From positions 638,538,001 to 638,602,000 of the forward strand of contig NC_091285.1 in assembly GCF_032444005.1 (NCBI RefSeq): a stretch of 64,000 nucleotides of DNA. Direction: 5' to 3'. Each line of letters opens with the position of its first letter. Within the stretch, counting starts at the first letter, position 1. A program made the translations under genes and the position numbers. Under the pieces are notes generated by a model. It was not told the DNA's origin and did no database searches. It saw nothing but the letters and a program-made list of their open reading frames with translations. Below, piece by piece: positions 22,523 to 35,060 of the stretch. This DNA comes from Ranitomeya imitator (Eukaryota).

Positions 22523-24922
22523 GTTAGCAATGATAAAAAGGTGTCACCGGGTAAACATGACTGTCATAAAGAAGGTGGCCATAACTAAGGGTATGTTCAC
22601 ATGTTTGGTTTTTGGTGCAGAAACAAACCCGCTGCATATAGTAAAAGTGTTCTCACTATGATTTTACCCCTTTTCCCCACCTATCATTTCAATGGATCAA
22701 AAACGCTGCAAAAAAAAAAAAAAAAAACAGTGAAAAAACTGACTTGCTGCAGGTTTAAAACAAACAAAAAAAAAAAAAGACAATGCCCAGTTCAAAAAAA
22801 TGCAGCTTGTAAAATCTCATTCATTTTGCAGGTACTGTAATACACAGCAGACAAATAGAACTGCTGCAAAAACACCACTTGTAAACCTGCCCCAAGGGTG
22901 AGAAGATCGAAGAACAGGCAAGGGGTCCTGCCACAGAGGGGACGCTGCCACATTACCAAGACGGTTTAACGATTTAGTACCATCAATGCATAAAGTGGAA
23001 AAGGGGTTTAACGGAGGTGTTGCACTCTCGGACATTTTTTTGGGCAAAACGTGGGATTAGATTAAGAATTGGTGCGTTTGACCGAAAACAACAGACGTCC
23101 ACTTGCATACGAGATCCAATATTGGGCTTAAAAGTCGAATTCAGACATCTGTGAAATACAGACCGAGTACGGACCTGGCAGACCCAAACAACAGCCTTCG
23201 AGGTGCCCATGAGGCTGTTACGCTTGGGTTAGGAGCCCGGCATGCAGTTACCCTCTGACAGTATGCCTTAATCCCTTTAATAAGTCTATCCAAGCAGTGG
23301 AGGTGACCATTGAATAGAATTCTCAAACCGTACATTTTTTATTTTTCGTCAAAAGATCTTCCCTCTAGAATTGCATTTGGAAGAAAAATCTGATTAAATA
23401 CAGCAGCCCCAGATGGGAAATTATTTGCGCCACTTCCACTTTTAGTACCTTGTGATACTGTTGATCCATCAGTCACATCTGACTTACAAATATTGTGCTT
23501 TTTATTAGGTTGTCAAACAGCACTTCCTTATTAACCGGCGGACTTTGGATTACAAGGGTCTTAAACCGCACCTTTCTCTTATTGCCAAACTAATCAGATT
23601 TTTGTAAAAATTGGAGAAGCTCATTAACGTCTCACATGTAGGAAATAGTTCAACAACTTAGAAAAAAAATATATACAATTACGTTTCTGGTGTTTTTGTG
23701 CAAAATAACTTCTGTTTTGGAGGCATCAAACCATCTATGGTCTTGAGATAACCAAATACATGAGACGCTGCTGGCCAACATTTATCCATCTCACACAAAC
23801 ATCCTATAAAGAAAGACCTAATGTAACAAATATTCTTCCAGAACTGGCTCGATTCGATGGCAAATATCTCATTTCTGTGAGCAGTTATATTTGCAAGGCT
23901 GGGGCTAGATGACGACGACGACATCTACATAGGTCTCACGGCCAAAGATCATACTGTGCAGCGCAATGCAGGTGAATGGGGTTGTGTTGAAACCCGTAGG
24001 GTACCGCGAGAAATAAATCACAAAAAGTTGGAACCGGTTGGAATTTTTGCGACTTGCTTGTCGTCGTACTCTTGAGTCAAGATGCAAATCTGGATTGTAG
24101 CCGACATCGCCGTCTAGACCCAGCCGAACACATTCCCATAACTGAAATCACAGAAAGTTTTACTTGACATTCGCTACATTCCATCTTTCTCAGAACAGTC
24201 CTCCCCGTTTCATAAATTTGATTGCACAGCAAAATTTGGATTATTGAAAAATGCGAAAAAGAAGTTAACATTTCCTGCTCCAATGAGCATTTCACATCTT
24301 TCATCCAAAGAAAAAAAAAGTTTGGACAGAATTTATGGCCGAAGTAAAGTATAGGTCACAGGGCTGTTCCGGTTTTATTTTTAGCTTTCAAAAACAAAAG
24401 GACCATGAAATGTCATAATGGTCTCATAGGTCTGTAATCGGTCCCGCCAAATGTCTTGAAATGGCTTCAAAGAATTAAAATCTGTTTATTCACAAATGGC
24501 TTGATTTAATGTTAAGCTTCACGGAAAACTTCTGTTTCACCTAAAATGTGTGTTTTTTTTTCATTATTATTATTTTAATTGAAACGTTTTTGGAGATAAT
24601 TGTCATTTCTGTACATTCTTCACGGTGACTGGAAAATGGCGGTATATCTGTACATGTTTTAGCCTTGTTCATCTAGTGGGAAAGTTTCCCTCAAATCCTT
24701 CCCATCACCCTCCGAAAAAAAAGATGCCTTTTTTACCCCCTCATTTCTCAGAATCCACGTAGCTCCTCTGGAGATGGTTTATTATCTCCTTCCTTTGGTC
24801 AGATCTTCGCTTCTTCAGGTCTTCAACGAACACAATGGCCACGAATGTTCTTCAAGAACTCTCGAGATTCTTTTTTTTTTGTTGACGGATGCCATCCACT
24901 GGTTTGAGAATCCACCTTGTAG

Positions 24923-25393
24923 TCACAGCCCCTTCCTCTCAAGCCTTTCCAAAATAGACTGCAGTTTTTTCACGGCTTCCTTCCGTGCTTGCCGAATACC
25001 GTCCTGGCCGCCGGTTTCTACTGAATCTAGCTCTAGTAATTCCTTGGTCAACATTTCTTCTAAACACCGGTAACTCATGTCAGTCTTTTTCCCTACAAAC
25101 TCATCCACTTCTTCTTCCAGATCTTCCACCCTTTCCAAGACCTGGCAGATCTTCAGTATTCCCGGATGTGTGGCACTAGAAAGATCGGCTGGGGGATTGT
25201 TGGCTTCTTTAGGCCTGGGAACTGACTCTGGATTTGAAGGCTCCTTTCTATTATAAATTTGCGGAGAAGAGCTGTAATGAGGGTTTGGTGGAGGAAGGTT
25301 TGGCTTCGGTTCAGAAGGTGGGCATGATTGGGGCATGTCTGCGGGGTAGCCAGGGAATTGCCTTTGATGGTAACCAGGATTTTGAGGCGAATC
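24923..25393 (-). CDS. BAG4: BAG family molecular chaperone regulator 4 (SODD), coding exon 5 with BAG domain
   Basis: Acceptor cttttag|GAT. The C-terminus VLERVEDLEEEVDEFVGKKTDMSYRCLEEMLTKELLELDSVETGGQDGIRQARKEAVKKLQSILERLERKGL-stop closely matches the known BAG4 BAG domain. Confidence 0.97.
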   Translation of the reverse strand, partial: DSPQNPGYHQRQFPGYPADMPQSCPPSEPKPNLPPPNPHYSSSPQIYNRKEPSNPESVPRPKEANNPPADLSSATHPGILKICQVLERVEDLEEEVDEFVGKKTDMSYRCLEEMLTKELLELDSVETGGQDGIRQARKEAVKKLQSILERLERKGL

Positions 25394-26211
25394 CTAAAAG
25401 TAGAATTAAGAGACAAAAAAAAGTTATGAAATTTATACTAAATATCAGCTTTGACCCTATGCATATCTCCATAGAATTAGGGAAAACACAATATTTGTAC
25501 TGTAGAACAAAACGGACATGGGTCCATGGAGATTCATCTATGGCAACATCCTCTTCATTGTCGGTCCGCCACCACTGGTTGTGGCTGTATCTGCTATTCC
25601 AACTCAGAACCACTCAGTCCTATTCAAGTGAATGGAACTGAGTTGAGAAAGCAGGCACAGTGACTACTAAACGTAGGATGTAGTACCTGGTAAGCAATGA
25701 ATGGTGTCTAACAATCCAGCTGCAGTGCCATTAATCAGCTGATTTTGTATCCTGGAGAATCCCATTAGAAATCTTTTGGCGTTTCACAGCGACATTTCAG
25801 AAGTTTCTACCATTTGCCGCTCAGAGGTTGAGCTGCTCCATATAGGGCAGGTGATGGCTGTCTTACACAGCAGAGACCCATCTCTAACAGCAGTGACAGG
25901 AGCCAGCGCCGATCACTTATTTAACCATTTCAATGCTGCTGTCAGCTCTGACAGCTACACTTAAGTGGAGCAATCCGATTGTAGAATTCGATTAGACACC
26001 CATTACCCACCTCCTTCCCCTACATGATGCAATTGTGTGATTAGGATAGGTTGCCATCGCAGCTCGGGGGCCTACTGAAGGCCCCCATAGCTGCCACCAG
26101 TACACAGGAGAAATTAATTTTTATTTACTATATTTGTTCATTTATATAAAATAAAAAGTTTGAATCGCCTCCTTTTCCTCATCAAAAATAAATAAATTCA
26201 TCATCATCATC

Positions 26212-26394
26212 GGGAATCTGTCACCTCATTTTGGCCCTATAAACTGCGGCCACCGCCATCACTATAATCTAACCTTTTTTTCTCATCTTTCAGGATACAT
26301 CGGGGGCTTATCTACAGCATTACAGAAAGTTGTAGATAAGCCCCTGATGCCGATGGCAGCAGCCTATAGGCCAAAATGAGGTGACAGATTCCCT
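26212..26394. mobile_element. T2/Kolobok-type MITE
   Basis: Inverted arms GGGAATCTGTCACCTCATTTTGGCC / GGCCAAAATGAGGTGACAGATTCCCT followed by TTAA. Confidence 0.8.
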
Positions 26395-26716
26395 TTAATA
26401 AAAAAAATCTAAAGGTGAAGTTCAGGATGTTGAAATGCCGACTGGTGGGTCAGAAGCGCTGGGCCGATGGCTGCTCTCCTGCTGACCGGCTGTCTGAGTT
26501 TGTCCTCAGCCTCCGAGCAGGGGTGAGGGATTCTGTCCCCCCGTTCTAGTTATAGGTGGGGTCTAAGCACCCAGATCCCGGCTGATCAAACCTTCTGACA
26601 CATCTCTGATGTGAAAGCTTTGTGGGAATTAGACTAACTATAACCACTGGGCTCCTAAACAAAGACATTATTAATACCGTCTGCGGTGCACCCCGACTTC
26701 TACATACAGGACCTAC

Positions 26717-26875
26717 CTTTACATCATACACTGGCGACTGGACGTCTCCTCCGGGCCAGGGTGATCGGCCTCCAGTCACATAATGCGTGTCGTTCAGGTT
26801 CTGCGGCGGGGCCGAGTGCCATTGGTAGGGGTTAGGAGGTGCGTACATATTCCAGCTGTCATCTCTAGGAGCCTG
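26717..26875 (-). CDS. BAG4: BAG4 coding exon 4
   Basis: Branch-point-like CTGAC, acceptor tttcacag|CAG; QAPRDDSWNMYAPPNPYQWHSAP..SPVYDVK; phase-0 donor AAG|GTAGGT. Resembles the RPQEDAW..YPWPS..PK region of BAG4. Confidence 0.85.
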
Positions 26876-27431
26876 CTGTGAAACATACAATACAGGTCAG
26901 AGTAACCTGTTGGCAACATGGCGGCACCTCATGCTTTGTAGAACAGTGCTACACATCCTCTTGGGCTGTCCAGGACTTATGTCATCAATATCAGATTGGT
27001 GGGAGTCTCCACCAATCAGAAATGTTCTGCTCTATACTCCAAGTAGTGGCAGTTCCGCGGTACTGCAGTTCTGCTCCTGAATGGAATAAGAGCTGCAGTA
27101 ACAATGGCCACTACACGGAGCTCTGGCTCCGCACCGTTTACATCCAAGCCCCCATGGAAACGGCAAATCGCTGTTTATGGGGGTGCTAAGGATCGGACCC
27201 CCACCAATCGGATATTGATGACCTACGTCATCAATAGCCAAGTGCCAGACAACACCTATAAGATTAACGTTGTTACATAAAGCTCAGACTGATCTGCTCT
27301 TAGGCAGGGAACACAATTACAGAACTAAAGCTTAGATGTAGGTTATGCTGCTAGTCATACTGTCATGCTGGGACAAATAGTGTTCTGTTATTTGGTGCCA
27401 CTGATAGCCAAAATAGAAATACAACTAAGTA

Positions 27432-30400
27432 CAGACCAAAAGTTTGGACACACCTTCTCATTTAAAGATTTTTCTGTATTTTCATGACTGAAAATTGCAC
27501 ATTCACACTGAAGGCATCAAAACTATGAATTAACACATGTGGAATTATAAACTTAACAAAAAAGTGTGAAACAACTGAAAATATGTCTTATATTCTAGGT
27601 TCTTCAAAGTAGCCACCTTTTGCTTTGATGACTGCTTTGCACACTCTTGGCATTCTCTTGATGAGCTTCAAGAGGTAGTCACCGGGAAGACTGTTAGAAT
27701 TTGTATTATGGCAAGAAAAAAGCAGCCAAGTAAAGATAAACGAGTGGCCATCATTATTTTAATAAATGAAGGTCAGTCAGTCTGAAAAATTGGGCAAACT
27801 TTGAAAGTGTCCCCAAGTGCAGTTGCAAAAACCATCAAGCACTACAAAGAAACTGGCTCACATGAGGACCGCCCCAGGAAAGGAAGACCAAGAGTCACCT
27901 CTGCTTCTGAGGATAAGTTTATCTGAGTGACCAGCCTCAGAAATCGCAGGTTAAGAGCAGCTCAGATTAGAGACCAGGTTAATGCCACACAGAGTTCTAG
28001 CAGCAGACACATCTCTACAACAACTGTTAAAAGGAGACTTTGTGCAGCAGGCCTTCATGGTAAAATAGCTGCTAGGAAACCACTGCCAAGGACAGGCAAC
28101 AAGCAGAAGAGACTTGTTTGGGCTAAAGAACACAAGGAATGGACATTAGACCAGTGGAAATCTGTGCTTTGGTCTGATGAGTCCAAATTTGAGATCTTTC
28201 GCTCCAACCACAGTAACATAGTAACATAGTTAGTAAGGCCGAAAAAAGACATTTGTCCATCCAGTTCAGCCTATATTCCATCATAATAAATCCCCAGATC
28301 TACGTCCTTCTACAGAACCTAATTGTATGATACAATATTGTTCTGCTCCAGGAAGACATCCAGGCCTCTCTTGAACCCCCCGACTGAGTTCGCCATCACC
28401 ACCTCCTCAGGCAAGCAATTCCAGATTCTCACTGCCCTAACAGTAAAGAATCCTCTTCTATGTTGGTGGAAAAACCTTCTCTCCTCCAGACGCAAAGAAT
28501 GCCCCCTTGTGCCCGTCACCTTCCTTGGTATAAACAGATCCTCAGCGAGATATTTGTATTGTCCCCTTATATACTTATACATGGTTATTAGATCGCCCCT
28601 CAGTCGTCTTTTTTCTAGACTAAATAATCCTAATTTCGCTAATCTATCTGGGTATTGTAGTTCTCCCATCCCCTTTATTAATTTTGTTGCCCTCCTTTGT
28701 ACTCTCTCTAGTTCCATTATATCCTTCCTGAGCACCGGTGCCCAAAACTGGACACAGTACTCCATGTGCGGTCTAACTAGGGATTTGTACAGAGTCAGTA
28801 TAATGCTCTCATCATGTGTATCCAGACCTCTTTTAATGCACCCCATGATCCTGTTTGCCTTGGCAGCTGCTGCCTGGCACTGGCTGCTCCAGGTAAGTTT
28901 ATCATTAACTAGGATCCCCAAGTCCTTCTCCCTGTCAGATTTACCCAGTGGTTTCCCATTCAGTGTGTAATGGTGACATTGATTCCTTCTTCCCATGTGT
29001 ATAACCTTACATTTATCATTGTTAAACCTCATCTGCCACCTTTCAGCCCAAGTTTCCAACTTATCCAGATCCATCTGTAGCAGAATACTATCTTCTCTTG
29101 TATTAACTGCTTTACATAGTTTTGTATCATCTGCAAATATCGATATTTTACTGTGTAAACCTTCTACCAGATCATTAATGAATATGTTGAAGAGAACAGG
29201 TCCCAATACCGACCCCTGCGGTACCCCACTGGTCACAGCGACCCAGTTAGAAACTATACCATTTATAACCACCCTCTGCTTTCTATCACTAAGCCAGTTA
29301 CTAACCCATTTACACACAATTTCCCCCAGACCAAGCATTCTCATTTTGTGTACCAACCTCTTGTGCGGCACGGTATCAAACGCTTTGGAAAAATCGAGAT
29401 ATACCACATCCAATGACTCACCGTGGTCCAGCCTATAGCTTACCTCTTCATAAAAACTGATTAGATTGGTTTGACAGGAGCGATTTCTCATAAACCCATG
29501 CGGATATGGAGTTAAACAGTTATTCTCATTGAGATAATCCAGAATAACATCCCTCAGAAACCCTTCAAATATTTTACCAACAATAGAGGTTAGACTTACT
29601 GGCCTATAATTTCCAGGTTCACTTTTAGAGCCCTTTTTGAATATTGGCACCACATTTGCTATGCGCCAATCCTGCGGAACAGACCCTGTCGCTATAGAGT
29701 CCCTAAAAATAAGAAATAATGGTTTATCTATTACATTACTTAGTTCTCTTAGTACTCGTGGGTGTATGCCATCCGGACCCGGAGATTTATCTATTTTAAT
29801 CTTATTTAGCCGGTTTCGCACCTCTTCTTGGGTTAGATTGGTGACCCTTAATATAGGGTTTTCATTGTTTCTTGGGATTTCACCTAGCATTTCATTTTCC
29901 ACCGTGAATACCGTGGAGAAGAAGGTGTTTAATATGTTAGCTTTTTCCTCGTCATCTACAACCATTCTTTCCTCACTATTTTTTAAGGGGCCTACATTTT
30001 CAGTTTTTATTCTTTTACTATTGATATAGTTGAAGAACAGTTTGGGATTAGTTTTACTCTCCTTAGCAATGTGCTTCTCTGTTTCCTTTTTGGCAGCTTT
30101 AATTAGTTTTTTAGATAAAGTATTTTTCTCCCTATAGTTTTTTAGAGCTTCAATGGTGCCATCCTGCTTTAGTAGTGCAAATGCTTTCTTTTTACTGTTA
30201 ATTGCCTGTCTTACTTCTTTGTTTAGCCACATTGGGTTTTTCCCATTTCTAGTCCTTTTATTCCCACAAGGTATAAACCGCTTACACTGCCTATTTAGGA
30301 TGTTCTTAAACATTTCCCATTTATTATCTGTATTCTTATTTCTGAGGATATTGTCCCAGTCTACCAGATTAAGGGCATCTCTAAGCTGGTCAAACTTTGC

Positions 30401-31491
30401 CTTCCTAAAGTTCAGTGTTTTTGTGACTCCCTGACAAGTCCCCCTAGTGAAAGACAGGTGAAACTGTACAATATTGTGGTCGCTATTTCCTAAATGCCCA
30501 ACCACCTGCAGATTTGTTATTCTGTCAGGTCTATTAGATAGTATTAGGTCTAAAAGTGCTGCTCCTCTGGTTGGATTCTGCACCAATTGTGAAAGATAAT
30601 TTTTCTTGGTTATTAGCAGAAACCTGTTGCCTTTATGGGTTTCACAGGTTTCTGTTTCCCAGTTAATATCCGGGTAGTTAAAGTCCCCCATAACCAGGAC
30701 CTCATTATGGGTTGCAGCTTCATCTATCTGCTTTAGAAGTAGACTTTCCATGGTTTCTGTTATATTTGGGGGTTTGTAACAGACCCCAATGAGAATCTTT
30801 GTGCGACTCAGAAAAGGTGAACGGATGGACTCTACATGCCTGGTTCCTACCGTGAAGCATGGAGGAGGAGGTGTGATGTTGTGGGGGGGCTTTGCTGGTG
30901 ACACTGTTGGGGATTTATTCAAAATTGAAGGCATACTGAACAAGCATGGCTACCACAGCATCTTGCAGCGGCATGCTATTCTATCCGGTTTGCGTTTAGT
31001 TGGATCATTTATTTTTCAACAGGACAATGACCCCAAACACACCTCCAGGCTGTGTAAGGGCCATTTGACCAAGAAGGAGAGTGATGGGGTGCTGCGCCAG
31101 ATGACCTGGCCTCCACAGTCACCAGACCTGAACCCATTCGAGATGGTTTGGGGTGAGCTGGACCGCAGAGTGAAGGCAAAAGGGCCCACAAGTGCTAAGC
31201 ATCTCTGGGAACTCCTTCAAGATTGTTGGAAGACCATTTCCGGTGACTACCTCTTGAAGCTCATCAAGAGAATGCTAAGAGTGTGCAAAGCAGTCATCAA
31301 AGCAAAAGGTGGCTACTTTGAAGAACCTAGAATATAAGACATATTTTCAGTTATTTCACACTTTTTTGTTAAGTATATAATTCCACATGTGTTAATTCAT
31401 AGTTTTGATGCCTTCAGTGTGAATGTACAATTTTCAGTCATGAAAATACAGAAAAATCTTTAAATGAGAAGGTGTGTCTGTCCAAACCGTT

Positions 31492-31493
<2 letters not shown>
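27432..31493 (+). mobile_element. Tc1-family transposon with ~254-bp inverted repeats; transposase pseudogene (ATG 27708, stop 31337) split by a CR1 insertion
   Basis: TA-CAGACCAAAAGTTTGGACAC left end; 27432-27685 is the reverse complement of 31240-31493. Motifs WSDESKF, FQQDNDPKH, WPPQSPDLNP; in-frame TGA near 27783. Confidence 0.93.
28212..30797 (-). mobile_element. 5'-truncated CR1 LINE, ORF2 (end of endonuclease + complete reverse transcriptase) uninterrupted to stop at 28319
   Basis: ILIGVCYKPP, VMGDFNYPDINW, GVPQGSVLGPVLF, FADDTKL, LEKRRLRGDL motifs; 3' tail of 8-bp ATGTTACT repeats at 28212-28227. Confidence 0.96.

Positions 31494-31566
<73 letters not shown>
31492..31566. repeat. (TG)n microsatellite at the Tc1 right terminus
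   Basis: About 37 uninterrupted TG units. Confidence 0.97.
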
Positions 31567-31571
<5 letters not shown>

Positions 31572-32410
31572 AGCTGAAACTCCTAAACCCTTCATCCAAT
31601 TTTAATGTGGATACCCTCAAATGAAAGCTGAAAGCCTGAACTTCAACTGCACCCGAATTGTTTTGTTTAAAATTCATTGTGGTAATGTCTAGAACCAAAA
31701 TTAGCAAAATGTTGTCTCTGTCCAAATATATATGGACTTAACTGTATATAAAACCTGTACAAATTTGGACTCATTTATAGGATGCGTCCACGAGTTGCTT
31801 TCATTTTTAAAAACTGGGCCAAAAAACCCCAAAACAAAACACAATAACAGAAGCTTTCATGCGGCCAGATAAAAAAAAAAAAAAAAAGTCAGGTCCTGAA
31901 GGTGCAAAGTACATGGGTCTATAGAGGGTTCAGTATTTAGTGCTCTTATTACCGCACATCATCTTGAAGCGATCAATTTTATCACTCGGGTATCAGTAAA
32001 TTACGTTCCTCCCCAATATGCTGGAGGGAAAGTAGCAGATAAAAAAAAAATAAAAAATGCTATAACGAAAAGTCTCTGGATACAAGCAGCCTAGATCTCA
32101 GTTTCTGCACCTCTGTGAATACAAAGGGTAAGAAAGGATGGTGAACTGACCCCCCAATACATTTAATTAAAACATTGGGGGAGATCTGTGAAAGTGCCTA
32201 CTCAATGAACTGTCTTTATTGTAAATATCAACCAAATCACAGTGCAGTTTAAATTTCATAGTATTCTCTTGAAAAATGAAAGCAGTGCAGTGATTGGTTG
32301 CTAAAGGCAACAAAAATTTTTTTTTTTTGTTTTCATATTTTGCCCTTTAAAAAATTGAAAATAAATAAAAAAGGAAAATGTCATTAATAAATTCCTAAAT
32401 ACTTTCAATT

Positions 32411-34530
32411 ATCCGATCTAATACCAGAGGTGCTGAGGTAAGAAGAGGTTGCTCACACTGCTGTCCTCTCTGTCTATCTGATCTAATACTGGAGATACCA
32501 GAAGTGCTGAGGTAAGAAGAGGCTGCTCACACTGCTATTCTTCCCTGTCTATCTGATCTAATACTGGAGATACCAGAGGTACTGAGGTAAGAAGAGGCTG
32601 CTCACACTGCTGTCCACCCTGTCTATCTGATCTAACACTGGGGATACCAGGGGTGCTGAGGTAAGAAGAGGCTGTTCACACTGCTATTCTTCCTGTCTGT
32701 TTGATCTAATACTGGAGATACCAGGGGTGCTGAGTTAAGAAGAGGCTGCTCACACTGCTGTCCTCCCTGTCTATCTGATCTAATACTGGAGATACCAGGG
32801 GTGCTGAGGTAAGAAGAGGCTGCTCACACTGCTGTCCTTCCTGTCTGATCTAATACTGGAGAAACCAGAGTTGCTGAGGTAAGAAGAGGCTGCTCACACT
32901 GGTGTCCACAATGTATATCTGATCTAATACTGGAGATACCAGAGGTGCTGAGGTAAGAAGAGGCTGCTCACACTGCTGTCCTTCCTGTCTGATCTAATAC
33001 TGGAGAAACCAGAGTTGCTGAGGTAAGAAGAGGCTGCTCACACTGCTGTCCACAATGTATATCTGATCTAATACTGGAGATACCAGAGGTGCTGAGGTAA
33101 GAAGAGGCTGCTCACACTGCTGTCCACCCTGTCTATCTGATCTAATACTGGAGATACCAGAGGTACTGAAGTAAGAAGAGGCTTCTCACACTACTGTCCA
33201 CCCTGTCTATCTGATCTAATACTGGAGATACCAGAGGTACTGAGGTAAGAAGAGGCTGCTCACACTGCAGTCCACCCTGTCTATCTGATCTAATACTGGA
33301 GATACCAGAGGTACTGAGGTAAGAAGAGGCTGCTCACACTGCTGTCCACCCTGTCTATCTGATCTAATACTGGAGATACCAGAGGTACTGAGGTAAGAAA
33401 AGGCTGCTCACACTGCTGTCCACCCTGTCTATCTGATCTAATACTGGAGATACCAGAGGTACTGGGGTAAGAAGAGGCTGCTCACACTGCTGGCCACCCT
33501 GTCTATCTGATCTAATACTGGAGATACCAGAAGTGCTGAGGTAAGAAGAGGCTGCTCACACTGCTATTCTTCCTGTCTGTTTGATCTAATACTGGAGATA
33601 ACAGGGGTGCTGAGGTAAGAAGAGGCTGCTCACACTGCTGTCCACCCTGTCTATCTGATCTAATACTGGAGATACCAGAAGTGCTGAGGTAAGAAGAGGC
33701 TGCTCACACTGCTGTCCACAATGTATATCTGATCTAATACTGGAGATACCAGAGGTGCTAAGGTAAGGGTACCGTCACACAGTGCAATTTTGATCGCTAC
33801 GACGGCACGATTCGTGACGTTCGAGCGATATAGTTACGAGATCACAGTGTCTGACACGCTCCTGCGATCAGGGACCCCGCTGAGAATCGTACGTCGTAGC
33901 AGATCGTTTGAAACTTTCTTTCGTCGTCTAGTGTCCCGCTGTGGCGGCATGATTGCATGGTGTAACATATATCGTATACGATGTGCGCATAGTAACCAAC
34001 GGCTTCTACATCGCACATACGTCATGAAATTATCGCTCCAGCGTCGTAGATTGCAAAGTGTGACAGCAGTCTACGACGCTGGAGCGATATTGTTACGACG
34101 CTGGAGCGTCACGGATCGTACCGTCGTAGCGATGAAAATTGCACTGTGTGACGGTACCCTTAGAAGAGGCTGCTCACACTGCTGTCCATAATGTATATCT
34201 GATCTAATACTGGAGATACCAGAGGTGCTGAGGTAAGAAGAGGCTGCTCACACGGCTATTCTTCCTGTCTGTTTGATCTAATACTGGAGCTACCAGGGGT
34301 GCTGAGGTTAGAAGAGGCTGCTCACACTGCTGTCCATCATATCTATCTGATCTAATACTGGAGATACCAGGGGTACTGAGGTTATCCTTCCTGTCTGTTT
34401 GATCTAATACTGGAGCTACCAGGGGTGCTGAGGTAAAAGAGAGGCTGCTCGCACTGCTGTCCACCCTCTTTATCTGATCATATAAAGGAGATACAAGGGA
34501 TGCTGAGGTAAGAAGAGGCTGCTAACCCTG
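32411..34530. repeat. 74-bp minisatellite, about 23 units, in BAG4 intron 3
   Basis: Unit tctgatctaatactggagataccagaggtgctgaggtaagaagaggctgctcacactgctgtccaccctgtcta; starts at 33136 and 33210 give period 74. Confidence 0.95.
33767..34159. mobile_element. Harbinger/PIF-type palindromic MITE inserted into the 74-bp minisatellite
   Basis: TIR GGGTACCGTCACACAGTGCAATTTT / AAAATTGCACTGTGTGACGGTACCC, flanked by TAA and TTA; the array resumes in register. Confidence 0.9.
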
Positions 34531-35060
34531 CTGTCCTTTCATATTTATTGGCTTTGTTATGACAGGTCACTGATCCTGCAGTGACCGGCCCCCTATTTTA
34601 CATACTGCATAGAATTGTGCGGGGAAAAAAAAAAATTAAAATTCATCACTCAGGCAGTGACGCCTATGCTGTAGCATGATACAATGTATAATATATTATT
34701 CATTAATATCCACGTGTAGATTGCGAATGGCACTTGTATAAACAATTTCAAAACAAACCTCAGACTAATGGAGGCCGAGCACTGAACAAATCCATTAACT
34801 TGATTTGCAAGTTTAAAAAAAAATCTTTAAAAAGAAAAATGTCCAACAGGGGACACTGGTGTGGCCCACATAGAATAAATTGAAAAAATACATTCAATAC
34901 ATGGAAGGGATATAAAATATTTCCAGTATCAAAAACACCTTTCCTATTAAGGACTTATTAGACAGGGATATCGGGCTTGAAGGTTTAGGTTGAATCACTT
35001 TACTCAAAAGGAACAGATGTGTGGGTAATATGCTTCTGATGCTGGAAATGATGTAAGTAA

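Noticed and set aside
16600-24900. Further resistin-like exons or DDHD2 exons between the array and BAG4
   Set aside because: No cysteine signature, Gly repeat or recognisable coding exon found by eye on either strand; small exons could have been missed.
28319-30943. 874-aa ORF as a single Tc1-CR1 fusion protein
   Set aside because: The first ~48 residues are the antisense of the Tc1 transposase read through the truncation point by chance; there is no promoter evidence.
32411-34530. Regular arrays (74, 77, 32/33 bp) as CRISPR-like repeat-spacer loci
   Set aside because: Units are wholly repeated with no unique spacers, there are no cas genes, and the DNA is vertebrate.
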